Shown: one piece after another, positions 50,941 through 64,000 of the stretch
How positions within the stretch are numbered: the stretch's first letter is position 1
How the letters are laid out: the number at the start of each line of letters is the position of its first letter
Origin: Octopus vulgaris
Taxonomy: Eukaryota
Assembly (NCBI GenBank): GCA_951406725.2
Contig: OX597833.1
Coordinates: 40,114,001 to 40,178,000, forward strand
Reading direction: 5' to 3'
Length of the DNA stretch: 64,000 nt
Program-made: the position numbers and the translations under genes
The notes under the pieces: generated by a model
The model's input: only the letters and a program-made list of their open reading frames with translations
Told to the model about the DNA's origin: nothing
Databases searched by the model: none

Positions 50941-52744
50941 CAGAGGAGGAGGAGGAGGAGGAAGAGGAGGAGGAGGAGGAAGAGGAGGAAGCAATGCATA
51001 TATTCTATCTATTTGTCTTTAATAATAATGGTTTCAAATTTTGGCATAAGGCCAGTAATATTGGGGGCGGGGTTGGTGGGGGCTCAGTTCATTACATCAA
51101 CACCAGTGCACAACTGGAACTTATTTTACCAACCCCAAAAGGATGAGTGCAAAGTTGATTCCAGTGGCATTTGAACCAGTATGCTAATGATTCTGCAAGC
51201 CTTTAATAATGATGATAATAATGGTTTCAAATTTTGGCACAAAGCCAGCAATTTGGGGGACAGGAGCTACTCAATTACATCAACCCCAAATTTTGACTGG
51301 CACTTATTTTATCAACCTGAAGGTATGAAGGGCAAAGTCAACCTTGATGGAATTTGAATGCAGTGCATAAAAACAGACAAAATGCCACTAAGCATTTTGC
51401 CCTGTGTGCTAATGATTCTTATTTCTTTATTGCTAAACATAGAGGGGACAAACAAGGACAGACAAAGGGATTAAGTTGATTACATCAACCCCAGTGCATA
51501 ACTGGTACTTACTTTATCGACACTGAAAGGATGAAAAGTAAAGTCGACCTCTGCAGAATTTGAACTCACCAACACCACCAATACCATGACACCACTATCA
51601 AAACCACCACCAATACTACCATCACAAACACCAACATCACAATCAATATCTCTATCACCATCATTGCTACCACCAATACCACTGCCTCCAACATCACTAT
51701 CACCAACACCAACATGGCCAAAACCATGACACCACAATGAACATCATCACTACCATCACAAACACCAACATCACTATCAACATCGCTACCACCAACATCA
51801 TTATCGATACCACTGCTCCCAAACCACCACCACCACCAGCCACACCACCACCACCACCAACACAACCACCAATACACTACCACTACCACCAACAACATCA
51901 CCACCAACACCAACCCACCACCACCAATACCACTATCAATACCACTGCCCCCAACACCACTACCATGAGCAGCCACACCAACACCACCAACAACAACATC
52001 AACACTACAACCAACACCAACCCCACCACCAATGCTACCATCACGAACACTAACATTATTACCACCAATACCACTATCAATACCACTACCAACACAAACC
52101 AACAAAGAATTTTTTCTATGATCACTTGATCTGCTAGAAGTAGCAGCCAATTTTTTTCTCATATCCCACCTGACCATCTTAGAAGAAAAACAGTAAAAGG
52201 GCAAACTGGATAATGTTGTCCAAGGTGCACTGTGCCTAGGAAAAAATTAAAATGTTCACAACAGTTATACTTTTGATTATAGATCTACTTGATCAGAGCT
52301 AACCAAGGGTTGAACAATAGCAACAACAACATCAACAACATGAAACAGTTCTGAAGATTTTAATAAGCAATGAAATTACTTTTAGAAAATAAAAAAAATT
52401 AAAAATAAAATTAATGAAGTAAAACTAAAAAATTATAAAACTTTTGAGGAACAAAAACAAATGATAAATAAAACGGAGAAAAAAGGAATTAAAAAATATT
52501 TTATATATAAATATTTGGGTTTTTTTCTTATTTTAATTATCTGTTTATTTTGATAAATATAATTTATTTATTATTTCTTGTGAAGAAAAATAATATCAAA
52601 TTGTTTATAATTTCTTTGTGATTCATTAGAATGTCTCCCATCAGATTTGATTTACATACAACAGAGTGTTAGTGTGGTGGCGTGGGTGGAGGTGATTGAC
52701 TGACAAGGTGTGGGAGGAGGGTGAAGGGTTTGGGATGAAAGAAG

Positions 52745-53200
<456 letters not shown>

Positions 53201-53654
53201 ATAGGTAGATGGATACATAGGTGAATAAAAAGAGGAAGAAAGAGAGAGTGTGTGTGATTAGAAGAAAAATGGAAAAGGTAAAAAGAAACAAACAAGAATG
53301 TGGTTTAAATGAATAAATAAAATCAAGAAGGAAAATAGATAAGAGAAAAACAAAATAAAGAAGAAAGGAAAAAAAATAATTCCAACATACTGAAAAGAGA
53401 AAAATGAAAAAGGGAAGCAATGAAAAATACACAAAAAGAAAAAAAAAGACTAATAAAGAAAAGAAGCAAACTAAGAAGAGAAAAAAATTGAAGGAAACTT
53501 GCAAGAAATAAATGGAAGAAAATAATTCAATGATTTCTTTAAAAGAATTTTTAAAAAATGAATATTTTAAATGAATTACTAAAATCTTTAATATCTGTGT
53601 GTGTATACACAGACACACACAGACACAGACACACACACATATATTTATTGAATA

Positions 53655-53917
<263 letters not shown>

Positions 53918-55910
53918 TATTCGCACACATAATATATATTTTATTTTACTTTTGTTCAATTGATGATTTCAGGAATCTGACAGAAACTGAGGGTAAGTGG
54001 GAAGAAATGGAAATGGTGAGACTTGATGGAAGAGAGAAATGGAAAATGTGATAGAAAGGAAAGGGAGAAAATAATAGGGCAGGGTTGAGATGTTCAGATA
54101 TAGAGGAGAAGTGGGAGGAAATAATAAGAGTTTGCAGAAGAGGGGGAGAATATGAAAGGGTAGAAGTGAGTGATTAAGAGAGTGAGGGGGAAGAAATAGT
54201 GAGAGTTAGTGAGAGAGGGGAACTGAAAGTAAGGGAAGAAGAAACGAGAGAATATGACAGGCTGAGAAGATGTGAGAGTGAAAGAGAGAGCAATAAGGAA
54301 CATATAGAGAGTTAGGGGTGAATGTTGTAGGACGAGAGAGAGAGGAGAAAAAAGCAATAGGGTGAGATAGAGAGAAGAACAAGAGACAGAAAGAGGAAAT
54401 GTTACAAAGGCTGAGAGAGAGAGAAAGAGGGAGGTAGGAGAAGAAAGTATGATTTAGAAGGAAAGAGAGATAGTGATAAAAGAGCTGATAGAATGTAGAG
54501 AGCATTGAAAGGGAAGGAGGGGTGTCAGAGAAAGAGAGAGAGGAGGAGAAGAAAGTGAGAATTAGAGGAAGAGGGAAAATGGGAAATGGAGGAGAGAGAA
54601 AGTGAAAGTGAAGAGAGAGAGAGGTGGGGAGCAGATGGACAAGAGGAAAAAGAGGAGAGTTATAGAAGGAGAAAGGAAGGGGACGTTTGTGAAGCGGAAA
54701 GAGAGACTGAGAAATAGCAAGAAGAGAAAAAAAAAGAAGGGAGGGAAATGAGAGAGGAAGAGAGAAAAGAAAATGAGAGGGCAAAAAGACTTAAAGAAAT
54801 GAAGAAAGAAAGTGTGATAAAGCAATGAAGTACAAACAAGAGAGAGAGAGGGAGAGAAGGGGGGGAGAAAATGACACTAAGATACCAATATACAAAGAAA
54901 AAATATATAAGTAAACAATAGGAATAATTAACAATGTAACCAATTAATAAACAGTATAGACAATTAATTTAATTACATAAACAATATAAGTAAACAATGA
55001 ATATACAATACAAACAAGCAATAGATAAATAATTAATAAACACTATAAATAAGCAATAAATATGGAACAAGTAGAATAGTTTTTTTTAAATTTTGTTACT
55101 TGCATTTTTTCTTGTCTTTCAACATCATCATCATCATCGTCATCATTATTCATGCTTAGTAGTATTTTGTCCATCTAAAGGAATGGTATAAGCATGGGAG
55201 TGAAGAGAGACAATAAGAATCTGTATACCATTCCTTCAGTGTTCTGTTTTGTTATAACCAGAAATTACTCTGACAAAAGTAGCATTAATATTTTAGGTCG
55301 TTCAATTTTTCTCAACCAGTCAATGGAGCCAATTGAGTAAACCTAGCAATAACAACCCTCTAATGACTACTGGAACTACATTAAAGGTGTGCATGTCTGT
55401 GGAGTGCTCAGCCACTTGCATGTCAATTTCAGATTTACTACAATAAAGAAAAGTATGTAATGACCATTATTTGTACCTTGTCTTACACACACACATCATC
55501 ATCATCATCATCATTTAGCGTCCGTTTTCCATGCTAGCATGGGTTGGACGGTTCATATATATATTTATATATATGAAGAGAGAAATGGAATAGCAGTTCA
55601 ATCTATGTTACATATGTTTCAATAGCATGGCATTTTATTTATACTTTGTGCATTACATCAAACAAAAGACCTGCCATATCATCAACTACCTGACTGTTAA
55701 GGTTGCAAAAGACAACTAATGTTATTTTTGTAATTGGAGTTGCAGAGTACCTGTTATTTTTAAATAAGCATTTTATAATCAAATAAGAATGGGAATGTTA
55801 TTGATTGACTGATAAATCAATTAATAAATGTTCCATTCAGTGTAGGCTAATAACCAGTCATATGTTTAAAGCTACTGAGCAAATAAGCACTTCAACATCA
55901 CCCGAACTAA

Positions 55911-55950
<40 letters not shown>

Positions 55951-56660
55951 CATAGGGAATTTGATTGGGTTTAATTAACAAGAAAATTTCCATCCCATCA
56001 TTTTAACATCTTCTTTTCTATGCTTACAATTGGTTTGACAGAATTTGTTGAGACAGACTTTCAATGATTGGATGCTCTTCCTGTCACTAATCCTTATCTG
56101 TTTTCAGGCAAGGTAATATTTTCCCATGGCCAAACATGTTTTTCCATGGAAAGCTAGAAGCAAACTGTATCACTTGTATATGGGATGTCCATTTACAGGT
56201 ATCATATAAAGCCATGACAAGGGTACACTCAAACACACACACATACAGATGCACATACATGCATACCTACATGTGTGTGTGTGTGTGTGTGTTCATGCAT
56301 ATATAACTGGCACTCCAGCACCTACAACAATGAAGGCTCCAGTTAATCCAATCAACGGAACAGCCTGCTCATGAAATTAATGTGCAAGTGGCTGAGTACT
56401 CCACAGACATACATAACCTTAATGTAGTTCTCAAGGAGATTCAGTATGACACAGGATGTGACAATGTTGGGTTTCTGAAATACAGGTACTACTCTTTTTC
56501 ACCAGCTGAGTGGAGTGAGCAATGTGAAATGCTCTATTCAGTGACACAACATCCTACTGGGTATCGAACTCAGGACCTTGTGATCATGAGCCAAATATTC
56601 TAACCACCAAGCCATATATATATATGTGTGTGTGTGTATGTATGTATGTATGTATGTGTA

Positions 56661-57928
56661 ATTAAGAATGAAATGTCCGATTTTCTTATGCACCAAGTTT
56701 GATAGTCATTAACCCTAATGTTTTATCCTGACAATTTTTTGTTTTACAACATTGAAGAGTTACATCATCACTTTTCGAAATGCAATTCATGGTGTTTGAT
56801 TATAAGATGCGTTTTCTCTTGTAAATCAATTTTAGTGAACCCATGGATAGATTAAAAATTTGTGTTGTTCATGAATATGAGTTCCGTCATGAAACCAATG
56901 CATCCCAGACAGCTCAAAACATCAATGAAGTGTTTGGTGAAGATTTAGTGAATATATGCACTGTATGTCGATGGTTTGAGAAGTTCTGATCTGGTGATTT
57001 AACTCTTGAAAAATCAACCCTGTGATAGACCTGAGGCCAAAGTGGATAATGATGAGCTGGAAACTGTAGTGGAAGTGGATACATCTCAAACTATGTGTGA
57101 GTTAGCAGCAAGGTTTCATGTTTCAATTCCAATTGTATTGGACCATCTGAAACAAATCATCAAGGTAAAGAAGCTGGACAAGTGGGTGCCACACGAACTG
57201 AATGAGCATCAAGTGACACATCATCTTGAAATTTGCTGTTCTTTGCTGGCATAGCATAAAAGTGAACCATTTTTGCATCATATTGTTATGTGTACTGAAA
57301 AATGGGTTCTTTTCAACAATAGCAAGTGTTCTGCATGGTGGCTGGATGGAGACAAAGTGCCAAAACACAATCCAAAAAGGAATATTCACCAAAAAAAGCT
57401 AATGGTGTCTGTTTCGTGGTCCAGCACTGATATCATCCACGACAGCTTCATGAGACCAGGTAAAACAATTACAGCGAACATATACATCAATCAATTAAAT
57501 GAAATGAAGAGTGAACTTGCAATTTAACAACCGAGATTGATCAATAGAGATAGGTTAATTCTCTTGCATAACAATACTCAACCACATGTTGCACAAAGAA
57601 TGCTACTCAAGTTACAAGAATTGAACTTTGAAGTACTTTGTCATCCATCATATTCCACCAGACCTTGTACCAACTGACTATCATGTTTTTCAGGCATTAG
57701 ACAACTTTTTTCCAAGAAAAAACTTCAAATCTGAAGAAGATGCAAAAACAACCTTTCATGATTTCATTACCTCTTGCTCTCCAGAATTCTTCACTGCTGG
57801 CATAGATAAACTACTGATAAAATGGTAAAATTGTGTTAATAATTTATGTGCATACCTTGATTAACGGCATTGCTTATTGCTAATGTGAAATAAACTTTCA
57901 GTTCAAAATTGGACATTTCATTCTTAAT
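56661..57928 (+). mobile_element. Full-length defective mariner transposon
   Basis: TIR ATTAAGAATGAAATGTCC..TTTT / AAAATTGGACATTTCATTCTTAAT; transposase WVPHEL, IVMCTEKW, KKLMVSV, LHNNTQPH and PDLVPTDYHVF, with stops, frameshifts and two of the three catalytic Asp residues lost. Confidence 0.92.
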
Positions 57929-57944
57929 GAATATATATATATAT

Positions 57945-59220
57945 ATCATCATCATCATCATCATCATCATCGTTTAACGTCTGCTTTCTATGCTAGCATG
58001 GGTTGGATGGTTTGACTGAGGATTGGCAAGCAAGAAAGCTGTACCAGATTCCAATCTGATCTGGCAAAGCTTCTACAGCTGGATGCCCTCCCTAACACCA
58101 ACCACTCTGAGTGTAGTGGGTGCTTTTTACATGCCACCAGTATTGGAGCCAGTCAGATGGCACTGGCAACGATCATGCTCAAATGGTGCCTTTTACATAC
58201 CACTGGCACAGGTGTCAGTCAGGTGTTACTGGCATCGGCCACAACAATGACTTCATTTGACTCAATAGGTCTTCACAAGCACAGTTTATTGCCCAATGAT
58301 TGAAGGGTACTCTTAAATGGGTGCAGTTATGCTGCACTGGCAGAGGCCACAGATATGGTCTCACTTGGCTTGCCAGGTCTTCTCGAGCACAGCATATCTC
58401 CAAAGGTCTTGGCCTCTCATCACCGCCTCTGTGAGGCTCAACATTCAAAGGTCGTCTTCCTGGTCTTCCAGATGTTCCTGAGTCTACCTCTTCCACAGGT
58501 TCCCTCTACTGCAAGGGTGCGACACCTTTTCACACAGCTGTCCTCATCCATATGTAACACATAACCATACCAGTGCAGTCGTCTCTCTTTCACACTACAT
58601 CTGATGCTGCTTATGTCCAACTTTTCTCTCAGGGGCACTTACACTGTCATGTATACACACTGACATTATACATCCAGCAGAGTATACTAGCTAAATTTCT
58701 TGCAAACTTACACGTGTCCTCAGCAGTCACAGCCCATGTTTCACTGCCATGTAGCATGGTTGTTTACACACATGCATCACACAGTCTACCTTTTACTCTG
58801 AGTGAGAAACCCTTCATCACCAGCAGAGGTAGGAGCTCTCTGAACTTTTCCCAGGCTATTCATATTCTTACAGCTACACTCTCAAAGCAACTACCCCTGC
58901 TAGTGACTTGGTCACCTAGGTAACGGAAGCTATCAACTACTTCTAGTTTTTCCCCTGGCATGTGACAGAAGCTGTTTTCTGCACATTTTCAGAGTTTATT
59001 GCTCCTGAGCATTTGCCACACACAAAAACTATCTTCCCAATTAGCCTTCCTTTGATATTGTTGCACTTCTTACGTGTCCATAGCTTACACTGGGTACATC
59101 TTATCGAGTTTCTACCTACGCCTTTTCTACAGATTGAGCAAGGCCATCTACCTGAAGGGATTTGTGATTTGTCTGCCTTCCTACTTACTAAGACTTTGGT
59201 TTTTGCAAGATTGACTCTGG
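57945..59220 (-). mobile_element. RTE LINE fragment incl. PHD finger and 3'UTR (antisense to the 46.9 kb copy)
   Basis: Reverse complement gives GRWPCSICRKGVGRNSIRCTQCKLWTRKKC..VCGKC, FRYLGDQV and a (GAT)n tail at 57945-57970. Confidence 0.92.
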
Positions 59221-59698
59221 GCTTCTTTCAGTCTCCAATAACCAAATCCACTCACAAGGGCCTATAATAGAAAACACCTGCTCAAGGTGCTGCTCAGTGG
59301 CCACATGGTTGGGGAGCTAGCTTCTTAACTACATATCTACATCTCCCACTTGCAAAGAAAAAGGACAACCAATAAGAAATAAGCTTATAAAGCAACAGAA
59401 ATCCCAATTAAACAGTTCTGGAATCCTTCACTAATGCCCTGTAGTGGCAGTGCATGTAAACCATCTCAAGACTCTGAAGACTCTCAACAAGAAAGGGAAT
59501 ATAGAAGAGACACATGGACCCATTATGTGCATGGCACCTCAGCTTTTGTAACAAATAGAGTGACTTGAATAAAAATCTGTTCAATAAAGTTTTAATATTA
59601 CTGAAAGTTTGCCTGCAAATAACATCAACAAAAGAAGATATAGTGGAAGTGTTCTTATTTCTTTTTTCTTTACTGCCCACAAGGGGCTAAACACAGAG

Positions 59699-60269
59699 TC
59701 TTCTTCTTGTCTGGAGACAGCATTCACCCGGGGTGGGTGGAGCTGGCTTCATTCATCCTCAATGTTGCGTCTCTCACAAATGCCAACCAGGCCTGGCGAT
59801 TTCAGGTTAACAACTGCATGATCTCCAACCACTCCCTATTCCAGCAGTGAATGCCATAGACATGGGGACCTAGGTTGGGTTCAAGATCAGCCTTGACTGT
59901 CATCAGCCAGGTTTTTTGTTGTCCACCAAACCTGAAGGGGAGCTGGGGCAATTGCTTCGTAGATGAATTCTCCTGGTTGATGATGGAGAGCATGACCCAG
60001 CCAATGCAGACGTCTCGTTAGGATGACTTGTCGGAGGGAGGTGATTTTGCACTGGTGTCGCACCAAATTGTTGGAGACAAAGTGATGCCATCAGACACGA
60101 AGGATGCGGTGTAGACAGAGGTGATCGAAGGATTCTAGTTGCTTAATATCTTCCACCCTCATCGGCCATGACTCACTGCCATAAAGGAGAATTGTTCGCA
60201 CAAGGGCTTGATAGATCCATACATTGGTGGTGCGTTGGATCTCAGATCTTGACCAGAGTCGTACATTGA
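59699..60269 (-). mobile_element. RTE LINE 3' fragment (different family) inserted in a SINE with TSD
   Basis: RLWS....IYQALVRTILLYGSESWP; KTWLMTVKADLE; (AGA)n tail; TSD TAAACACAGAG / TAAACACAAAG. Confidence 0.85.
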
Positions 60270-61364
60270 TAAACACAAAGGGGACAAACAAGGATAGACA
60301 AATGGATTAAGCCAATTACATTGACCCCAGTGTGTAACTGGTACTTATTTGATCAACCCTGAAAGGATGAAAGGCAAAGTCGACCTCGGCAGAATTTGAA
60401 CTCAGAACATAGCGGCAGACGAAATACCTGTAAGCATTTTGCCTGGCATGCTAACATTTCTGCCAACTCGCTGTGGAAGTGTTCTGCTAACGTTTCTGCC
60501 AGCTCGCCATGGAAGTGTTCTACTGGCAAATTTGTTAATTTATATGCCAAGATAAATTTATTTCCCTCTCTACGCAATCACAAAAGAAACTATGAACTAT
60601 ATTTTTATCAAATATATTTTATCATATGTTTCTATCTGTCTACCACTATCAATTCCCTGCTTTTCTTCTTTTTCAGTTCTTATCATATGTAATATAATTA
60701 ATGTGACTTAAATTATTTGGAATTGATGAAAAACAGTTCTGTCTATAAATATTAAGAGTACATATTACAACTGAAATGAAATTAACAGAAAAGCAATATG
60801 TTTATTAATGTGAGAAATTATATGAAATTCCAGCAAGACTTCTCTTCTTTCTTGAAAAGAATTGGACAGTCAATAATAAACAAACTTACTAGCTGATATA
60901 TTACATATACACCCTCATTTGGCTCATGGCAAGCCTCTTCCATTACCTCCATTTCCTACGATTTCCACCTTTATGTACGTCACACTTCGTCCTTATCACA
61001 GTGCATCTCCCTCACATACACTCCCATACACTTCACACCATCTGTACTGCCACCTGAAAAGTTCATAGGCTCTTATGGAATGTGATCAAATGAGGTTTAT
61101 TTTTCAACATAGTCCCTTTGCAGTCCACACCCTTCTTCCATTGATCTTGTAGTGCTTGGATCCCATTGGTGATCCTGTTAGTCCAAAAAAGTCATCAATA
61201 GTAGATATGACATCATCAACACTTCAATACTAGTTTCCAGCTAAGTGGGATTTTTTTTTCATGTTGGGGACCAGATAGAGTCAGATGTGGCCAAATCAGG
61301 ATATTAGGAAGGATGATCAATCAGTTCATAGCTACAGTTATCCACAGCAGCCATTGAAACCACA

Positions 61365-61400
<36 letters not shown>

Positions 61401-61439
61401 GTGTGTGTGTGTGTGCGTGTGTTTGTATGTGTGTGTGTG

Positions 61440-62735
61440 TGTGTCTTGTAGTTGGATGACCTCTGACTTTTCAGGGTTTATTTGCCTTCCAACAGGTCTT
61501 GTTTTGCATCCTACATGGTGCCCCAAAACCACCCTGCCCATCAAGCAGGCTTGGTGTGATATTGCCAGCTTCCTCGCAGACAGCCTGAATATGCAACAGG
61601 TTGTATTGGGTTGCACGTCACCAATAACACTCAAAAATGACCTAACCATAACTGATATGCATACACAACACATGGTGATTGCTCCATTTCCACAAATGAT
61701 TGCAGGCCTACAATCACTCAAATTATCCAACAGAGTGCACACATTCCAACATGAAATGATCAAGTATCATCCAGATTTTGTAAAAAAAAGTTTCTTTGTT
61801 TTTTTGAGTGCAGGGTGGACATCTGTCAGTCACGCTAAACTGACCAGATACAGAAAGACAGGCAATCTTTGGTTTTCTAGAACCTTCTAGAGCCTCCAAG
61901 TCAGCAGTGCCTCCTCCAAATGGAGCTGCTCAGACACCCATGCAGCAACTGAATCCTATTGCTGTCTTGGGCGACAAGGAGACAACTTTATATCTAGCCT
62001 ACATGCAGGTTGCTGACTACGTGTTGCCAACCCATCAGGTCTGTGTGCTTCACCATCTTCCCATCACCGCAGGACTTGTGAATAAAAATAAAATAAATAT
62101 ATACTAAAAATAGATAAATATATACTAAAAATAAAGATACATATATACTGAAAATAAAATAAATATATATATAGGGAAAAAAAAAGCAGCACATATTGAG
62201 CAGAGTTCAGTAATACCTGTGCAGAGTTTTAGGTCCAATAAGGCTTACACAACACCTCATAGACCCTCTCCATTCCATTGACATTATCTCAGAGACAAGC
62301 CAGAGTGAGATATCTGGTGCCAATATGAGTTGCAGGTTCATGGATGTGGGAGTGCTATGATCTCTAGCACAAACCAAAGATCCCTGAAATGTCCAATGCC
62401 ATATCCTGCATATCTGGTTTTATATCAGAGTGACCTTCTCTTAGAGATATGCTTCAAAAGAAGCTGAGAGGTACCTCACTCCCAGTGGTCTTCTAATATA
62501 CCAGACACTATCTTAGAATTTCTGCGTACCCATGCTATTGTTAGATAGCCATTGAGCCTGCACTATATTCATCCGACCTTTCAACAGGTTTTGTTTTTAA
62601 TCCTGCTGGATTTCAAGCAACCTTCCTTACCAGGGTAACCTGGTGGGGGTGCCAGTTTAATTGCCGACAACCTGGCTATGCAACAAGTTGTACTGGATTC
62701 CCTGTTACCAGTAGCACTTGTGAGAGCTTCATAAG
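61440..62735 (-). mobile_element. Decayed RTE 5' region / APE endonuclease N-terminus
   Basis: IISCWNVCTLLDNLSDCRP matches the APE start motif (I.TWNVRTLLD...RP). Confidence 0.55.
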
Positions 62736-62829
62736 TGACAATACAATTGTACATACATACATATATACATACATACATACATACATGCATACATGCATAC
62801 ATGCATGCATACATTCATACATACATACA

Positions 62830-63233
62830 GCTAACTGGCTTCTGTGCCGGGGACATGTAAAACGCACCATTCGAGTGTGATCGTTACCAGTGTCGCCTTA
62901 CTGGCACTTGTGCCAGTGGCATGGGAAAAAAACATTCAAGCAAGGTTATTGCCAGTGCCGTTGGACTGGCTCTTGTGCAGGTGGCACGTAAAAAACACCA
63001 TTTGAGCATGGCCGTTGCCAGTACCGCCTGACTGGCTCTCACACCGTTGGCATGTAAAAGCACCCACTACACTCTCGGAGTGGGTGGCATTAGGAAGGGC
63101 ATCCAGCTGTAGAAACTCTACCAGATTAGATTGGAGCCTGGTGCAGCCATCTGGTTCGCCAGTCCTCAGTCAAATCGTCCAACCCATGCTAGCATGGAAA
63201 CGGACATTAAACGATGATGATGATGATGATGAT
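62830..63233 (+). mobile_element. RTE 3'UTR tail with subrepeats
   Basis: Repeated CACGTAAAA..CACCATT units, then GGAAGGGCATCCAGCTGTAG...AAACGATGATGAT. Confidence 0.85.
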
Positions 63234-63707
63234 TCCCTTCTCAGATTCATGCACTTATTGCAGTGGTCCTTCACTTTTTTCTCAGTCCTGTAGAAGAACT
63301 CAGATGGTTGGTCCTCCAACCAGATCTTTCATGATATCCTTAAAACCAAAAACTATTCAGCAGCCCTTCCTATCTATAGTTTTAGATGAGTGTGTGTGTG
63401 TTTGTTTTTGAGTATGCATTGTATATGAATGTATGTGTGTGGTTGTGTATTTGCATGTATGTGTCCAATCGTGCATGTGTCATTGGGGAGCATATAAGTG
63501 CATGCATATGTATGCTTGTGTGAGCATTTCTGTATGTGATGCATACATATTTATATGCATATCTGCATGTGTTTATGTGTGTGTGTGGTGTATAAGCAAT
63601 TTTGTGTGTATGCATGAGTGTGTGTGGTGTGTGTGAGTGTGTAACTGTGTTTGTGAATGCATGTCCATATGGATTTGTGGTGCATATGTGGTGGGTGTAT
63701 GTGAGAG

Positions 63708-63746
<39 letters not shown>

Positions 63747-64000
63747 ATGAATGTAATGGTCAAATCTATATTGGTTATAAAAGGATGTTTATTCACATTG
63801 AGTGATTCTTTTCTTCAAGGTGTGCAAAGAGGTTAATGTAGAATGAACTCATTGCTCTGCAAATATAATCATAATAATAATAATAATAATCATATAATTA
63901 ATAAAACTTGTAACAATCATGGTGATGACGATGCTGACGACCATGATGATCACAGACATAACAGTTATGATGATGATGATGATGATGATAACGATGATGC

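Noticed and set aside
51480-52204. Mucin-like or Gly/Val-rich ORFs
   Set aside because: Cryptic (CAC/AAC)n repeat fused to a truncated SINE; no splice or start context.

Overview
AT-rich, repeat-saturated eukaryotic DNA with no recognisable intact host protein-coding exon. The SINE, LINE and microsatellite repertoire looks like a coleoid cephalopod (Octopus-like) long intron or gene desert; the taxon is inferred from recalled repeat families. Nearly all ORFs in the track are microsatellite translations. Real coding remnants are all transposon-derived: an RTE-clade LINE with a C4HC3 PHD finger inside its RT (46.9-49.4 kb, plus antisense copies), R4/Dong-like RLE LINEs nested in (TAA)n, a second RLE-LINE family associated with (CATA)n, a Penelope GIY-YIG remnant with inverted ends, an L1/Tx1 3' end, mariners, MITEs and Helitron/Helentron non-autonomous elements. 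The non-TE signals worth following up are a same-strand cluster of ZNF143/Staf-like TGCATCATGGGAAA motifs (12.2-13.5 kb), AG|GT recursive-splice-like sites after long U-rich tracts (20522, 25672), RFX X-boxes (180-554), a Fox/Sox motif cluster (54.9 kb), several long foldbacks that could be ADAR substrates, and two apparent locally templated insertions. Coordinates were read by eye and most element boundaries are approximate.
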